From: Camelus ferus
Lineage: Eukaryota
Length of the DNA stretch: 64,000 nucleotides
NCBI RefSeq assembly: GCF_009834535.1
Contig: NC_045696.1
Span: forward strand, 90,274,001-90,338,000
Direction: 5' to 3'
The notes under the pieces were generated by a model. The model had not been told where the DNA came from. It saw only the letters and a program-made list of their open reading frames with translations, and did no database searches. This document shows, piece after piece, positions 52,697 to 64,000 of this stretch. Each line of letters opens with the position of its first letter. Within the stretch, counting starts at the first letter, position 1. The translations under genes were made by a program, and so were the position numbers.

Positions 52697-53232
52697 CATA
52701 CAGAAAACAGTTAACGTAGCAGACCTAAGTTGATAAACTTGAAAACGCTTACTTGCTAGGTTGCCCTTGACTGGCGTCTGGGAGCTTAGATTTCAGGAGG
52801 GTTCTCACCCATTAACTGATAAATGAGGCTCACTGTGCCGAACTGTTTGTACAAATAGTGTGGTTTATGCTGAGCATCTGCTTTCCTTCTGGGAGCCTAG
52901 AATTCGGATTATGTGCTAGATAGAGTGCTGTGTGATCAGCTCCCAAGGAAAACTCTAGGCACTGTGTCCCTGATGGACTTCCCTGATTGGCAACATTCCA
53001 CATGTACTGTCACAACTTGATGCTAGGCGAACTCAGTGTCCTGTGTGACTCCACTGGGAGAGGACTCTGAGAAGCTTATGCCTGGTTTCCACCAGACTTC
53101 ACCTCATCTGCCTTTTCCTTTTCTTGATTTTGCTTTGTGTCTTTTCTCTATAGTAAACCATAACCATAACTATGACTTAGGCTGAGTTCTGAGTTCCCCT
53201 AGAAAATCACTGAACCTGGGGACCTCATGACA
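52697..53232 (+). mobile_element. ERVL solo LTR (MER68-like)
   Basis: CAGAAAACAGTTAACGTAGCAG...CCCTTGACTGGCGTCTGGGA...AACTGATAAATGAGGCTCACTGTGCC...GACA end. Confidence 0.75.
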
Positions 53233-55489
53233 TTTCCTGCTAACGCTCCCAGCAATTAACTTACCCCAGCTGTACACCTCCCTTTGTTGAGGTATTTGAA
53301 AAGAAAGAGCCTTTGTCAAACTTTCAATTTATTTATGAAAATAAATAAGCCCACATACAGTATCTTAAAAACAATAGCCAGGAACACATAAGCTAGTCGA
53401 AGGAAGGCAATATAAATCTGTGCCTTTGGTCCTTGGAAATTTTGTTTTTCACTTACTTTGGGGCTTACTGTATACACATAGGATGAACTCAATAAATGCT
53501 TACATACTAAAAATGTACATTCTGCAAATGAAAATGAAAATGGAATCTTCTCCAAATTTTTCATAATTCTTTCCAAATTTTAACTAAAACGTCTCTTAAA
53601 TTAGGATTAGAGAAATTGGATGTTTTTTAGTCATGCTGCCAGCTACCTCTTAGATGAACTAAATGCATTTTTGTCCACACTTGCTCTAACACTGTCTAAA
53701 AATAAACATTTTTCTTTCATTAGCATGGACTCAATTATAAATAACATTTCCCTGTTACGCAGTTACTTTGAGTTTAGACTCTCTTACTTTGATTTGTATT
53801 GAAGTAGTTCTTAAATTGATTGAATTATGCCACCCAAGTTGTATCCATGCTGGCAAAATTAGCATGAGACTATCCACATAAAACTAAACAGACTTGAGGG
53901 AATTACGTTGAAAGAGAAAAAAAAAGATCTAATCTCAAAAGTTTACAGACTGTATGATTTCGTTTATACAGCATTCTTGAAGTAAGAAAACTACAGAGAT
54001 GAAGAAAAGATAAGTGGTTGCCGGAGTTGGGAGACTGGGGGAAGGAGGTGGGTGTAAAAAAATAAAATAAACAGAATGTGATTATTAATCAGGAATGTAG
54101 AAAGATGAAATCCTATATATCATTTATTTGAAAAATATTTATCATTACACATTTGATCTTTTTCATTTCCAAATATATATAGTTTTCACCTTGGTGATGA
54201 CCTTGCTGAGTGGGAAACATAATATCTTTAATACATGAGTTAAATCTAAGATGATGTTCAAATGGACTGCAGGTAACTGTTTATGTCAATAATAAATACA
54301 GTAGATTACTTTTAAAACCCATACTTTGGGTTTTTTATTACAGATGCAATTGCTGACTTATCATAAATCAATGTGCTTAAAGTGCCATATGATATCAAAT
54401 GTTTAGCTTAACAGCATAAAATTGAGCAGAAACTGTAAAACATGTTTTATAGATGCTATAAAACCCTGGGGCTGGAGGTCCCGCTTTTTTACATTACTCT
54501 GATCCATCAAGTCCACTGAAAATTCCAGATAGCCAGTACACCTGGGAATTGAAAATTGGCTTTCAGGTTATACTCAGTTCAGTTATTACGACCTCCAGGG
54601 ACAGCATTTCTGTTTCCTACTATGAGGAGAGAAGCACAGCCTAGTGTAGGACACACAGAGTTAAATCCTTGTATCCTTTATAATGCTCTTTGTTACTAGT
54701 CCTTCCTGCTGTATCAGGTCTCCTCTTCCTTCCCCCACCCTCTTTTGGGTCCTTTAGCATCTAACAAGAGGCTAATTGATATGGCAAGAGGGTAGTCATT
54801 GTTTGTCTTAAAATGTTTGTTTCAGTGAATGTTCATTCAGCAAATTGAGTCAATAAGAGCTGTTCTGTGGTTGAGCAATAGAAAAGACTGGGTAGAGGCA
54901 GTACGAATGAGTATGGAGAGATGTGGATGCATGTGAGGGACCTTTAAGACAAAGAGGCAGTCAGATTTGGTGATAAAAAGAGTTGAGGAAGAGGGAGAAG
55001 TCAAAGATGATGCCCATGTCCTCGGCTTGGTGGCTGGATGGAGGGTGGTGCTATTGCTGAGATCGAGTCCAGAGAAGGGAGCTAGGGCACTGAGGGAGGA
55101 TACACTGGATGTGAGATACTCATGGGTAATCCGGCATAAATTTCCAATAGCGATTGGTTATTGGGTCCCCGACCAGAAAGCAAATTAAAAGGAGTTAACG
55201 GTGGTAAAAAGCACTGATGATGTTTTCCATGGTTGCAGATGTAGTCCCTTCCATTGTAAACCCATATATCTCATGGATCCCTTCAGAGAATTACCTAATT
55301 CAGCCCTGCATTTTCATTTATCCACCCAGCCTTTAATTTCTAAGATTAACCCATCTATTGCTCACCTCTTAGCACTCAGAAAGTCTGCTACTTTTCTTCT
55401 TCATCCTGTGGAACCTGGAACTGAAGGTAATGCCTTAGTATGTAGCCCAGAGATCAGCACTGAAGAAATAGAAACACTAAGTAAAAAGT

Positions 55490-55970
55490 CTATGACAAGT
55501 TAATGAAGGGGTAAAATGGAATGATAAAAAAAAATGTTTTAGTCATCTAAAAGAAGGAAAGGAAAAAATTTAAATGGAACATAAAGCAGGTGGGTTAATT
55601 AGAAAACAAACAGTAGGATAGTCACTGTAAACCCAACTGTACCAATAACTAATGTGAATTGACTAAATAAACCAAGTAAAAAGCTAAAATTAATACTGGA
55701 TTAAAAATAGACACATTTTGAATATAAGAACACAGAAAGACTGAAATTGAGAGGATGGAAAGGGTCATCATGCAAATGCTCACAAGAAGCTTGTGTAGCT
55801 ATCCTAATATCACATGGAGTAAATTGTGAGGCAAGAAGAATCCCCAGCAGAAAGAAGAGCACTTTGTAATGAGCAGAGGGTCAATCTAACAGAAAAATAG
55901 CACAATCTCAAATGCTTACACACCCAATAACTTAGTTTCAGAGTGTAGAAAGTGGAAAATTGACAGATCT
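55490..55970 (+). mobile_element. Ancient L1 ORF2 endonuclease-region relic
   Basis: AATGTGAATTGACTAAA, CATGCAAATGC...GTAGCTATCCTAATATCA, CACCCAATAAC motifs. Confidence 0.6.
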
Positions 55971-55987
55971 AAAATTCACTGAGGGAA

Positions 55988-58910
55988 TAACAAATAACAT
56001 AGAAATACAGAATATCATACAAGAATATTATGAAAAACTATATGGAACCAAAATGGATAACCTAGAGGAGATGGACAAATTTCTGGAAGCATACAGTCCA
56101 CCAAGACTGAATCAAGAAGAAACTGACCACTTGAACAAACCAATCACTAGAAATGAAATTGAATTAGCAATAAAAAACCTCTCTACAAATAAAAGTCCAG
56201 GACCGGATGGCTTCACTGGGGAATTCTACCAAACATACAAAGAACTCATACCCGTCCTTCTCAAACTCTTCCAGAAGATTGAAAAAGAGGGAATACTCCC
56301 AAACTCATTCTATGAAGCCACCATCACCCTGATACCAAAACCAGGCAAAGACACCACCAAAAAAGAGAATTACAGACCAATATCACTGATGAACATAGAT
56401 GCAAAAATCCTTACCAAAATACTAGCAAATAGAATCCAACAGCACATAAAAAAGATTACACAGCATGACCAAGTGGGGTTCAGCCCAGGGTCACAAGGGT
56501 GGTTCACCATACACAAATCAATCAATGTAATACATCACATCAAGAAGAGAAAGGACAAAACCACATGATCATCTCAATAGATGTAGAAAAAGCTTTTGAT
56601 AAAATTCAACACCCATTTATGATAAAAACTCTCACCAAAGTGGATATAGAGGAAACATATCTCAGCATAATAAAAGCTGTATATGACAAACCTACAGCCA
56701 GCATAGTACTCAACAGTGAAAAATTCAAAAGCTTCCCACTGAAATCTGGGAGAAGACAAGGCTGCCCACTATCACTACTCCTATTCAACATAGTCTTGGA
56801 AGTCCTAGCCACAGCAGTCAGACAAGAGAGAAAAATAAAAGGGATCCAAACTGGAAAAGAAGAGGTAAAAGTGTCACTATATGCAGATGACATGATACTA
56901 TATATAGAAAACCCTAAAAGGTCCACACAAAAACTATTAGAACTAATCAAAGAATTTAGCAAAGTAGGTTATAAGATTAACATTCAAAAATCAGTTGCAT
57001 TTCTTTACGCTAATGATGAATCAACAGAAAAAGAAAGTAAAGAAACAACCCCCTTTAAAATAACACCCAAAGTAATAAAATACCTAGGAGTAAATCTAAC
57101 CAAGGAGGTGAAAGACTTCTACATGGAAAACTGTAAAACACTGATGAACGAAATTAAGAAGACTTAAAAAAATGGAAAGATATCCCATGCTCCTGGATTG
57201 GAAGAATCAGTATTGTTAAAATGGTCACACTGCCCAAGGCAATCTACAGATTTAATGCAATCCCTATCAAATTACCCAGGACCTATTTCACAGAACTAGA
57301 ACAAATCATAATAAAATTTATATGGAACCACAAAATACCTAGAATTGCCAAAGTATTGCTGAAGAAAAAGAAAGAGGCTGGAGGAATAACTCTCCCAGAC
57401 TTCAGACAGTACTACAGAGCTACATTAATCAAGTCAGCATGGTATTGGTACAAAAACAGACATATGGACCAATGGAACAGAATAGAGAGCCCAGAAGTGA
57501 ACCCACAAACTTTTGGTCAACTAATCTTCGACAAAGGAGGCAAGAATATACAGTGAAATAAAGACAGTCTCTTCAGCAAATGGTGTTGGGAAGACTGGAC
57601 AGCAGCATGTAAATCAGTAAAGCTAGAACACTCCCTTACACCATACACAAAAATAAACTCAAAATGGATCAAAGACCTAAACATAAGACAAGATACAGTA
57701 GATCTCCTAGAATAAAATATAGGCAAAACATTATCTGACATACATCTCAAAAATGTTCTCCTAAGGGCAGTCTACTCAAACAATAGAAATAAAAGCAAGA
57801 ATAAACAAATGGGACCTACTGAACCTTACAAGCTTCTGCACAGCAAAGGAAACCATAAGTAAAACAAAATGACAACCTACGGAATGGGAGAAAATTTTTG
57901 CAAGTGAAACCAACAAAGGCTTGATCTCCAGAATATATAAGCAGCTTATACGACATAATAAGAAAAAACAAACAACCCAATCCAAAAATGGGCAGAAGAC
58001 GTAAACAAGCAATTCTCCAAGGAAGAAATACAAGTGATCAATAGGCACATGAAAAAAATGCTCAATATCACTAATTATCAGAGAAATGCAAATCAAAACT
58101 ATGATGAGGTATCACCTCACACCAATCAGAATGACCATCATTCAAAAGTCCACAAATGACAAATGCTGGAGAGGCTGTGGAGAAAGGGGAACCCTCCTTC
58201 ACTGCTAGTGGGAATGCAGTTTGGTGCAGCCACTGTGGAAAACAGTATGGAGATTCCTCAAAAGACTAGGAATAAACTTACCATATGACCCAGGAATCCC
58301 TGGGCATATATCCAGAAGGAATCCTATTTCAAAATGACACCTGCACCCCAATGTTCATAGCAGCACTATTTACAATAGCCAAGACATGGAAACAGCCTAA
58401 ATGTCCATCAACAGAAGACTGGATAAAGAAGAGGTGGTATATTTATACAGTGGAATGCTATTTAGCCATAAAAACCGACAACATAACGTCATTTGCACCA
58501 ACATGGATGTCCCTGGAGAATGTCATTCTAAGTGAAGTAAGCCAGAAAGAGAAAGAGAACTACCATATGAGATCGCTCATATGTGGCATCTAAAAAAAAA
58601 AAAACCAAAACATAAATACAAAACAGAAACAGACTCATAGACATAGAATACAAACTTGTGGTTGCCAAGGGGATGGAGGGTGGGAAGGGACAGACTGGGA
58701 TTTAAAAATGTAGAATAGATAAACAAGATTGTACTGTGTAGCACAGGGAACTATATACAGGATCTTGTGGTGGCTCACAGCAAAAGAGAGTGTGACAGTG
58801 AATGTATGTATGTTCATGTATAACTGAAAAATTGTGCTCTACACTGGAATTTGACACAACATTGCAAAATGACTATAACTCAATAAAAAAAAAGTTTCAA
58901 AAAAAAAAAG
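55988..58910 (+). mobile_element. 5'-truncated young L1 (~2.9 kb), ORF2 RT domain disrupted by frameshifts and stops
   Basis: [54 protein letters not shown] in successive frames; 3' UTR and poly(A). Confidence 0.97.
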
Positions 58911-61179
58911 AACACACAAGAGTTTGTGCTTCCTGGACATTAAAAATGCACGTGACACAAACTATCAGATATAAAATAAACTACAAGGATGTGTTGTACA
59001 ACAGGGGGAATATAGCCAATATTTTATAGTAACTATAAATGGAGTATAATCTTTTAAAATTGTGAATCATTGTGTTGTATACCTGTAACATATAATATTG
59101 TACAACTATAATTCAACTTAAAAATGATATTGTAAAATAAATAAAGTTTTTAAAATGCAAAAAAAAAGTTAAATAAAATAAAATTCATTGAGGGAAGTCA
59201 TTGATCAAGTTCAAAACTGAACTGGAGAGTGAGTCACTTCTAATTCTGAGTTCATTATCACAAAGCACCTGATTTCCTCAGGCACTGGTTGGCTTGAAGC
59301 GGCTTCAGGGATAGTCGGGGATAGGGAAAGGTGGGGGGGTGTGCAGCTGGACAGTGAGCTGCATCCATCCCACTAGATCTCTTGCTCAGTGAGACCTCTA
59401 GAAAACATCTCAGGGCACTTCAAGTAAAACGCTATGTGTATGTTACATACTAAAGTGAGACTTGTATTCTCTCTGCATTTTTCTAAATGAATTCTAATCA
59501 ATGTCAGCAGATCACCAGGGCCCAGTCCTGCCTCCTAGCAGTGTCCTCTAGCTCCTAGTCTTGTGATCAAAGCATAGATATAACCTGCAGCTGCATCTTG
59601 GTACCTGGTCCCTCAGGAGCCCTCCTCAGATACTTACAACAGTGAAGTGCTCCAGGATTATGGTCCAAAGAGTCGTAAATATGTAGAAGATTCTCCCCAG
59701 CAGGGAGCTCACCAATCGGTTCCCCATGTCATCACTAATTTCTGCCCCAAGAGCTGTTGTTTCATGAGGATCATTTAACTCTCTCCACCATGTCTTCAGT
59801 GTCACCTCGTGCCTGCCATCGTAACACACGCTGCCCACTCAGGGCGAAGTTTCAGGTCATAGGTCCTAATCTCTGCATAGAATCCCTTTCTCTAGGAACA
59901 GGAAGTTATTCTGCTACATTTAACCTTCAGAAGATGTGCATCGACCTTTTGGGGTGTCCCCTCTCCCCTCATCCTCTTGGGGTGCCTCCCTAATACAGGG
60001 CTTTGGCCCTGGAGTTCATCCACTTCCTCTCCCTCCAGTAAAAAGGACCCCCTTACTCTTTGTTATTCCTTGGAGAACTCCCCTAGGTCCCAGCCACTGG
60101 CCTCTCCCCAGAACTCCCCGTGTTTCTGCCATCTCTGCAGGATCCGCATAATCAACCTCCATGGATTCAGAAAGTAAACCCAGCCTCTCTGGCTGAGGGT
60201 AGGGTTAGGTGGGTGAATGCAACAATGGGCAGGTTGTTATTAACAAAGATGGCAAGATATTGAGATAATTAGTCTGTGGATTTTTCTTTCCCTGCTTCCT
60301 TGTACAGCGACCAAGTGACTTCATGGAAGGGTAAAGTTGACAGAGAGGGATTGAAAGAGCCAAAAATAATCATTGCTGAGCTTTGTGACTCCAAAACAGC
60401 TTTAAAGAAGCAAAAAGTGAGGCTTAGGGCACGCAGCACATGAAGGAACATGGAACAAGGAGAGAGACTGGAGGAATTGCCAGACAACCACCCCCCAGGT
60501 GCCTCCCAGGGAGATGAGAGCAGGTGTGCTGGGCTGGGCGAGGGGAGGAGCAGGTCAGCATTGGGAACATGGGGAGCACCTGCGAGGGCTCCCCATCACC
60601 ACTGTTCCATCTGAACAGCTTTCAGCTGGCTGCGTATCCCTGGACATGTTTGCTAAGCCCTTTCCACACTCCCCTGATTGGACACCCTCCCCATTTCCAT
60701 GTTTCAGGATGCTCAAGAGCCCTGCATATCTGTTAGGAATGCTTTCAGTTGCAAGCAATAAAAAAAAATCTGATTAGCAATAACTTAAACACTGGCGGTT
60801 TATTTTTCTCATGTAACAAGATGGCTAGAGGTTGGCAGTTGTTTCATTAAAACATAGGTTCCTCAGGACCCAGTTCCTGAGAACAGGATTCGGTTAGTTC
60901 TGGAATGATCTTCAGGGGTCTATAATTCTAGACGTTTTCCAGGTGATCTAACCATATGTGCAGCTGCTGTTCCTAAGCTCACTGAACCAACTGTGCTCTC
61001 CCCGCTTCTGAGTTTCTAGAGTCCTTTAGCTTCCAAAGGAGGCAACAGCCCTACCAATGAACACCTGATTCATTTATTCACTCAAATAGTCAACCATCAG
61101 TAATTATTCACCTTTTACATGGAAGACAGCTCAGTGAGGGTTGTGCACTGGGCCCCGAGATGTGGTGATTTAACAACTT

Positions 61180-62580
61180 TCTCAAACTAGGTGGAATTTC
61201 CACAGAATCTATTTTGAGTACTTCTTTTATTCCATTGGAGAAAGATGTGGTAACCATCCAAGTAAACATGGTGGATTAAACACCCTCTTTTACCTCCATT
61301 CTCTCTTGAAACCTCACTACAATATAAAGATTTTGTTAAAGGGAACAAAATCCTCAAGGACAAAGCTAAAAGAAAAGGCAATAAGAATGGAGAGAGAGAG
61401 ATGTGAACAAAACTACTGGAAACTGGAAAACAGATAGCAAGTGAGGAGTGACTTAGAGACCAGGCATGAGTTGCAGAGAGGAGGTAGGAAGCTAACAGAC
61501 TGGCCCCATAGAGCCTTTGAAAGGCACAGGATTGGAGGTACCAGGAACCTCTCAGGAGGTGGGATGTTGGTTAAGAGGCTGTACTAAATGCAAGGGGATC
61601 CTAGATCACTTCTTCACCCCACCAGCCAGGCATCTGCTTCATCCAACAGAAAACATACCAGAGAAGGAGATTAAGGGCAGGTTAGCATGCTGAATGAACG
61701 GTGAGAACCACCAGCAACTTTTTTTCTGTTGCATCTGAGAATCCTGGCGGCCCAGCTTAGACATCTGGGTTAGCAGGTTGGAAATTCCTCTCTAGGATTA
61801 CTGAGCTCAAAAGAAAGACTTATAGACAATGATTATTAGGAATCCTAATCGAATAGAAATACAGGGGAAACCAAGCACAGAGTAAACTTTTAGGAAAAGC
61901 ATAATTAATATCTTCAGAAAGGTAGTAGAAGATAATTGCACCAACGAACAAAAGACTATTCATAGAACAAAGATGAGTTCTCAGTTTTAAAACATTTTTA
62001 AAAACTGGGGAAAAGTTCGATAGAATTTAAGCATGCTTTATTGGGAAGCTACTGGAGGATGCGCTCCACCAAAATGAGGCAGTAAACCAGGAAAAGAGAA
62101 GAGACAGAATTTAGGAAGCAGGGATTCAACACAGCAGAGTTGGATGACACATCGGAGCAGGAAGCCGGTGGGCTCCGGAGAGAGTGTGTTAAAGATAAAA
62201 AAGCAACAGATTACCTGACACGTTTGGACTCATTAAGAGATTAACAGTTCTGGCAAAGAGTTGGAGGAGCTTTAGGGATAGTTATAAATCAAAACATAAG
62301 ATAATTTTGAACCCCAGAGAGAGAAAAAGTTGCGTAACAAAGGAAACATCATCAGTGAACACTTAGCAGGGAGAAAATATTTACAGTAATCACCACAGTG
62401 TTAACATTGAATGTTGACTTAACCAAAAATTATGGTATGATTATATTGGAAATACGGGCAGAACAAGAGTGCCAAATCCTCGTCTTTCTTAGGAGGAAGT
62501 CAGAAGTTTAAATCTGAAAAATCAATATTGAAGCATATGATTTAGATACATGGAGGAAATATCCAGAAGAAGCAGTGGCT
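61180..62580 (+). mobile_element. HAL1 or old L1 ORF1-like relic
   Basis: GAAGCTACTGGAGGATGCGCTCCACCAAAATGAGGCAGTAAACCAGGAAA resembles the remembered HAL1 consensus; boundaries approximate. Confidence 0.5.
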
Positions 62581-64000
62581 AGTGGAAAGTGAGACTTGTT
62601 TCTCTGATGCGGAAGGCCACGTGGGAAATGGTCATCTGTCAGACCGTAGGCAATTTTTTCTGGTCAACAAATCCCAGACTTTTGTGATTCTTTCCCCTTC
62701 CTTCACTGAGTTCAGCCAAAGTCCTCCCTTGAGGGTTGCCAAGTGTAAGCTCTAAGGAAACACACAAGCACCCACAATGAACTTCATTTGAACTTGGTTT
62801 CATCCTTTTCCAAAAGCATCATAACAAATAGGGAAGGCGCCAGAGCCACATGGGTGGGTGGGGGTGTCAGTCTGGCATCTATGTCTCTTGTCAACATGAA
62901 GACCCAACAGTGGCTTCACCCAGCATACAGGCACTCAGTGAAGGTTTGAATGAACGAATGAATGAATGAACAACGAAAGAAAACCCCACTATTTTTCATA
63001 CACCATGAATGCTTCAAATGTTAGGGCCTACATTATTGGCCTCTAGCACTTCTTTCTGACTCGCTCAGAGAATTAATGGCCTCGAGTGTGTTTTGATGTA
63101 TACGAAGTGGGCATCTCTAATGTGCAAGGGACACTCCTGCCTTCAAATGTATTACCATCTGTTTGGGGAGGCAAAATGTGAACAAAGGGAAATGTAAACT
63201 TAAAGGCCACTGACAGTTGAACGGCTGGTGCAGACGGCTGGTGGGTACACAAGCTGCAGAGTCCCTAGGGCTTTCTCCAAAGTATTTCGTTCACACTGAG
63301 GATGGGAAGACAGGAAGGCAAAAGTCAACAAACTGCAAATTTGGTTGGCTCCCCGCAAGCATTCTCATGTTTACCTTAGCATTTTCACTCCAAGGCAGAG
63401 AAATAACATTTCCTCTGGTGTTGAAATCTCGCCAGTCTTTTTCCTTCCTGCCAGGAGGGCAGTGGGAGGAGTGCTAGCCGGCGGCCTGCTCCGCTCATCC
63501 TTGACTGTAGATGTGAGCTGATTTCCCCCATTTGGGTATTTCCTCCCACTGGAACCGTGATCAAACCGTAACCAGAAGTAGCTAAGAGAACTCTCCCTGG
63601 TCTGGGCCCCTTCTATTGGTGTTTTCTAATTCTGGAATTCTGTGTCACCACTCCTGTGTCCTCAGGAAATCACCAGATCCAATGCCAGCCACACCAGTTC
63701 ACACCAGAGCAGCCCCTTCCTCTTCTAGGAGGAATATCCCAGTGGAGGAGAATTCTTGGTCTCACGCTGCACTGTTCAGGCTTCGAAATATAGTGTCTTT
63801 ATTTCTTTAGCTCCAGTTACTTTGCTTTTATTTACTCTTGTTAAAATACCCAGAAGAGCAATATTCTCAGTTTTGTAAATACTCCATCTTAGCAAAATGC
63901 AGTGCCCTTACCATTTAAACATCCCTGACTTTTGGAAATAAGATAACTGCAGTCTTAAAAGGCTCTTGAACTCTGTGGGATGGTCACTTCTAGGGATCTG

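Noticed and set aside
55960..58593. Reverse-transcriptase ORFs as a novel retroelement system or active gene
   Set aside because: Ordinary 5'-truncated L1 ORF2 broken by frameshifts and stops
59200..64000. Exons of the next expected neighbour gene (RARRES1 by recalled human synteny)
   Set aside because: No CpG island or recognisable coding exon seen; probably outside the window
1..64000. CRISPR arrays, operons or other prokaryotic systems
   Set aside because: The sequence is mammalian and shows no regularly spaced repeat-spacer structure

Overview
Mammalian genomic DNA, probably a camelid (inferred from a Vic-1-like tRNA SINE and camelid-type L1 3' ends). There are two protein-coding genes in tail-to-tail orientation. 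(1) An intact 339-aa P2Y-like class A GPCR on + (1371-2390), best matching GPR79, which is a pseudogene in human. It appears to have a short upstream 5' exon and a 175-nt GT-AG intron. (2) The complete lysosomal transporter gene MFSD1 on -, with 16 coding exons (CDS 35399 to 14906; 1407 nt, 468 aa) and a CpG-island promoter carrying four clustered E-box/CLEAR motifs. The remaining ~28 kb (36-64 kb) is repeat-rich intergenic DNA: L1 of several ages, L2, MIR, ERVL/MaLR LTRs, DNA transposon relics and one SINE. Notable points are the intact GPR79 with nucleotide-binding residues retained, an L1 with an apparent 3' transduction inside a 17-bp TSD, two splice peculiarities of MFSD1, and an orphan + strand exon that may belong to a divergent lncRNA. 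Repeat family names come from remembered consensus sequences and were not computed; repeat boundaries are approximate.
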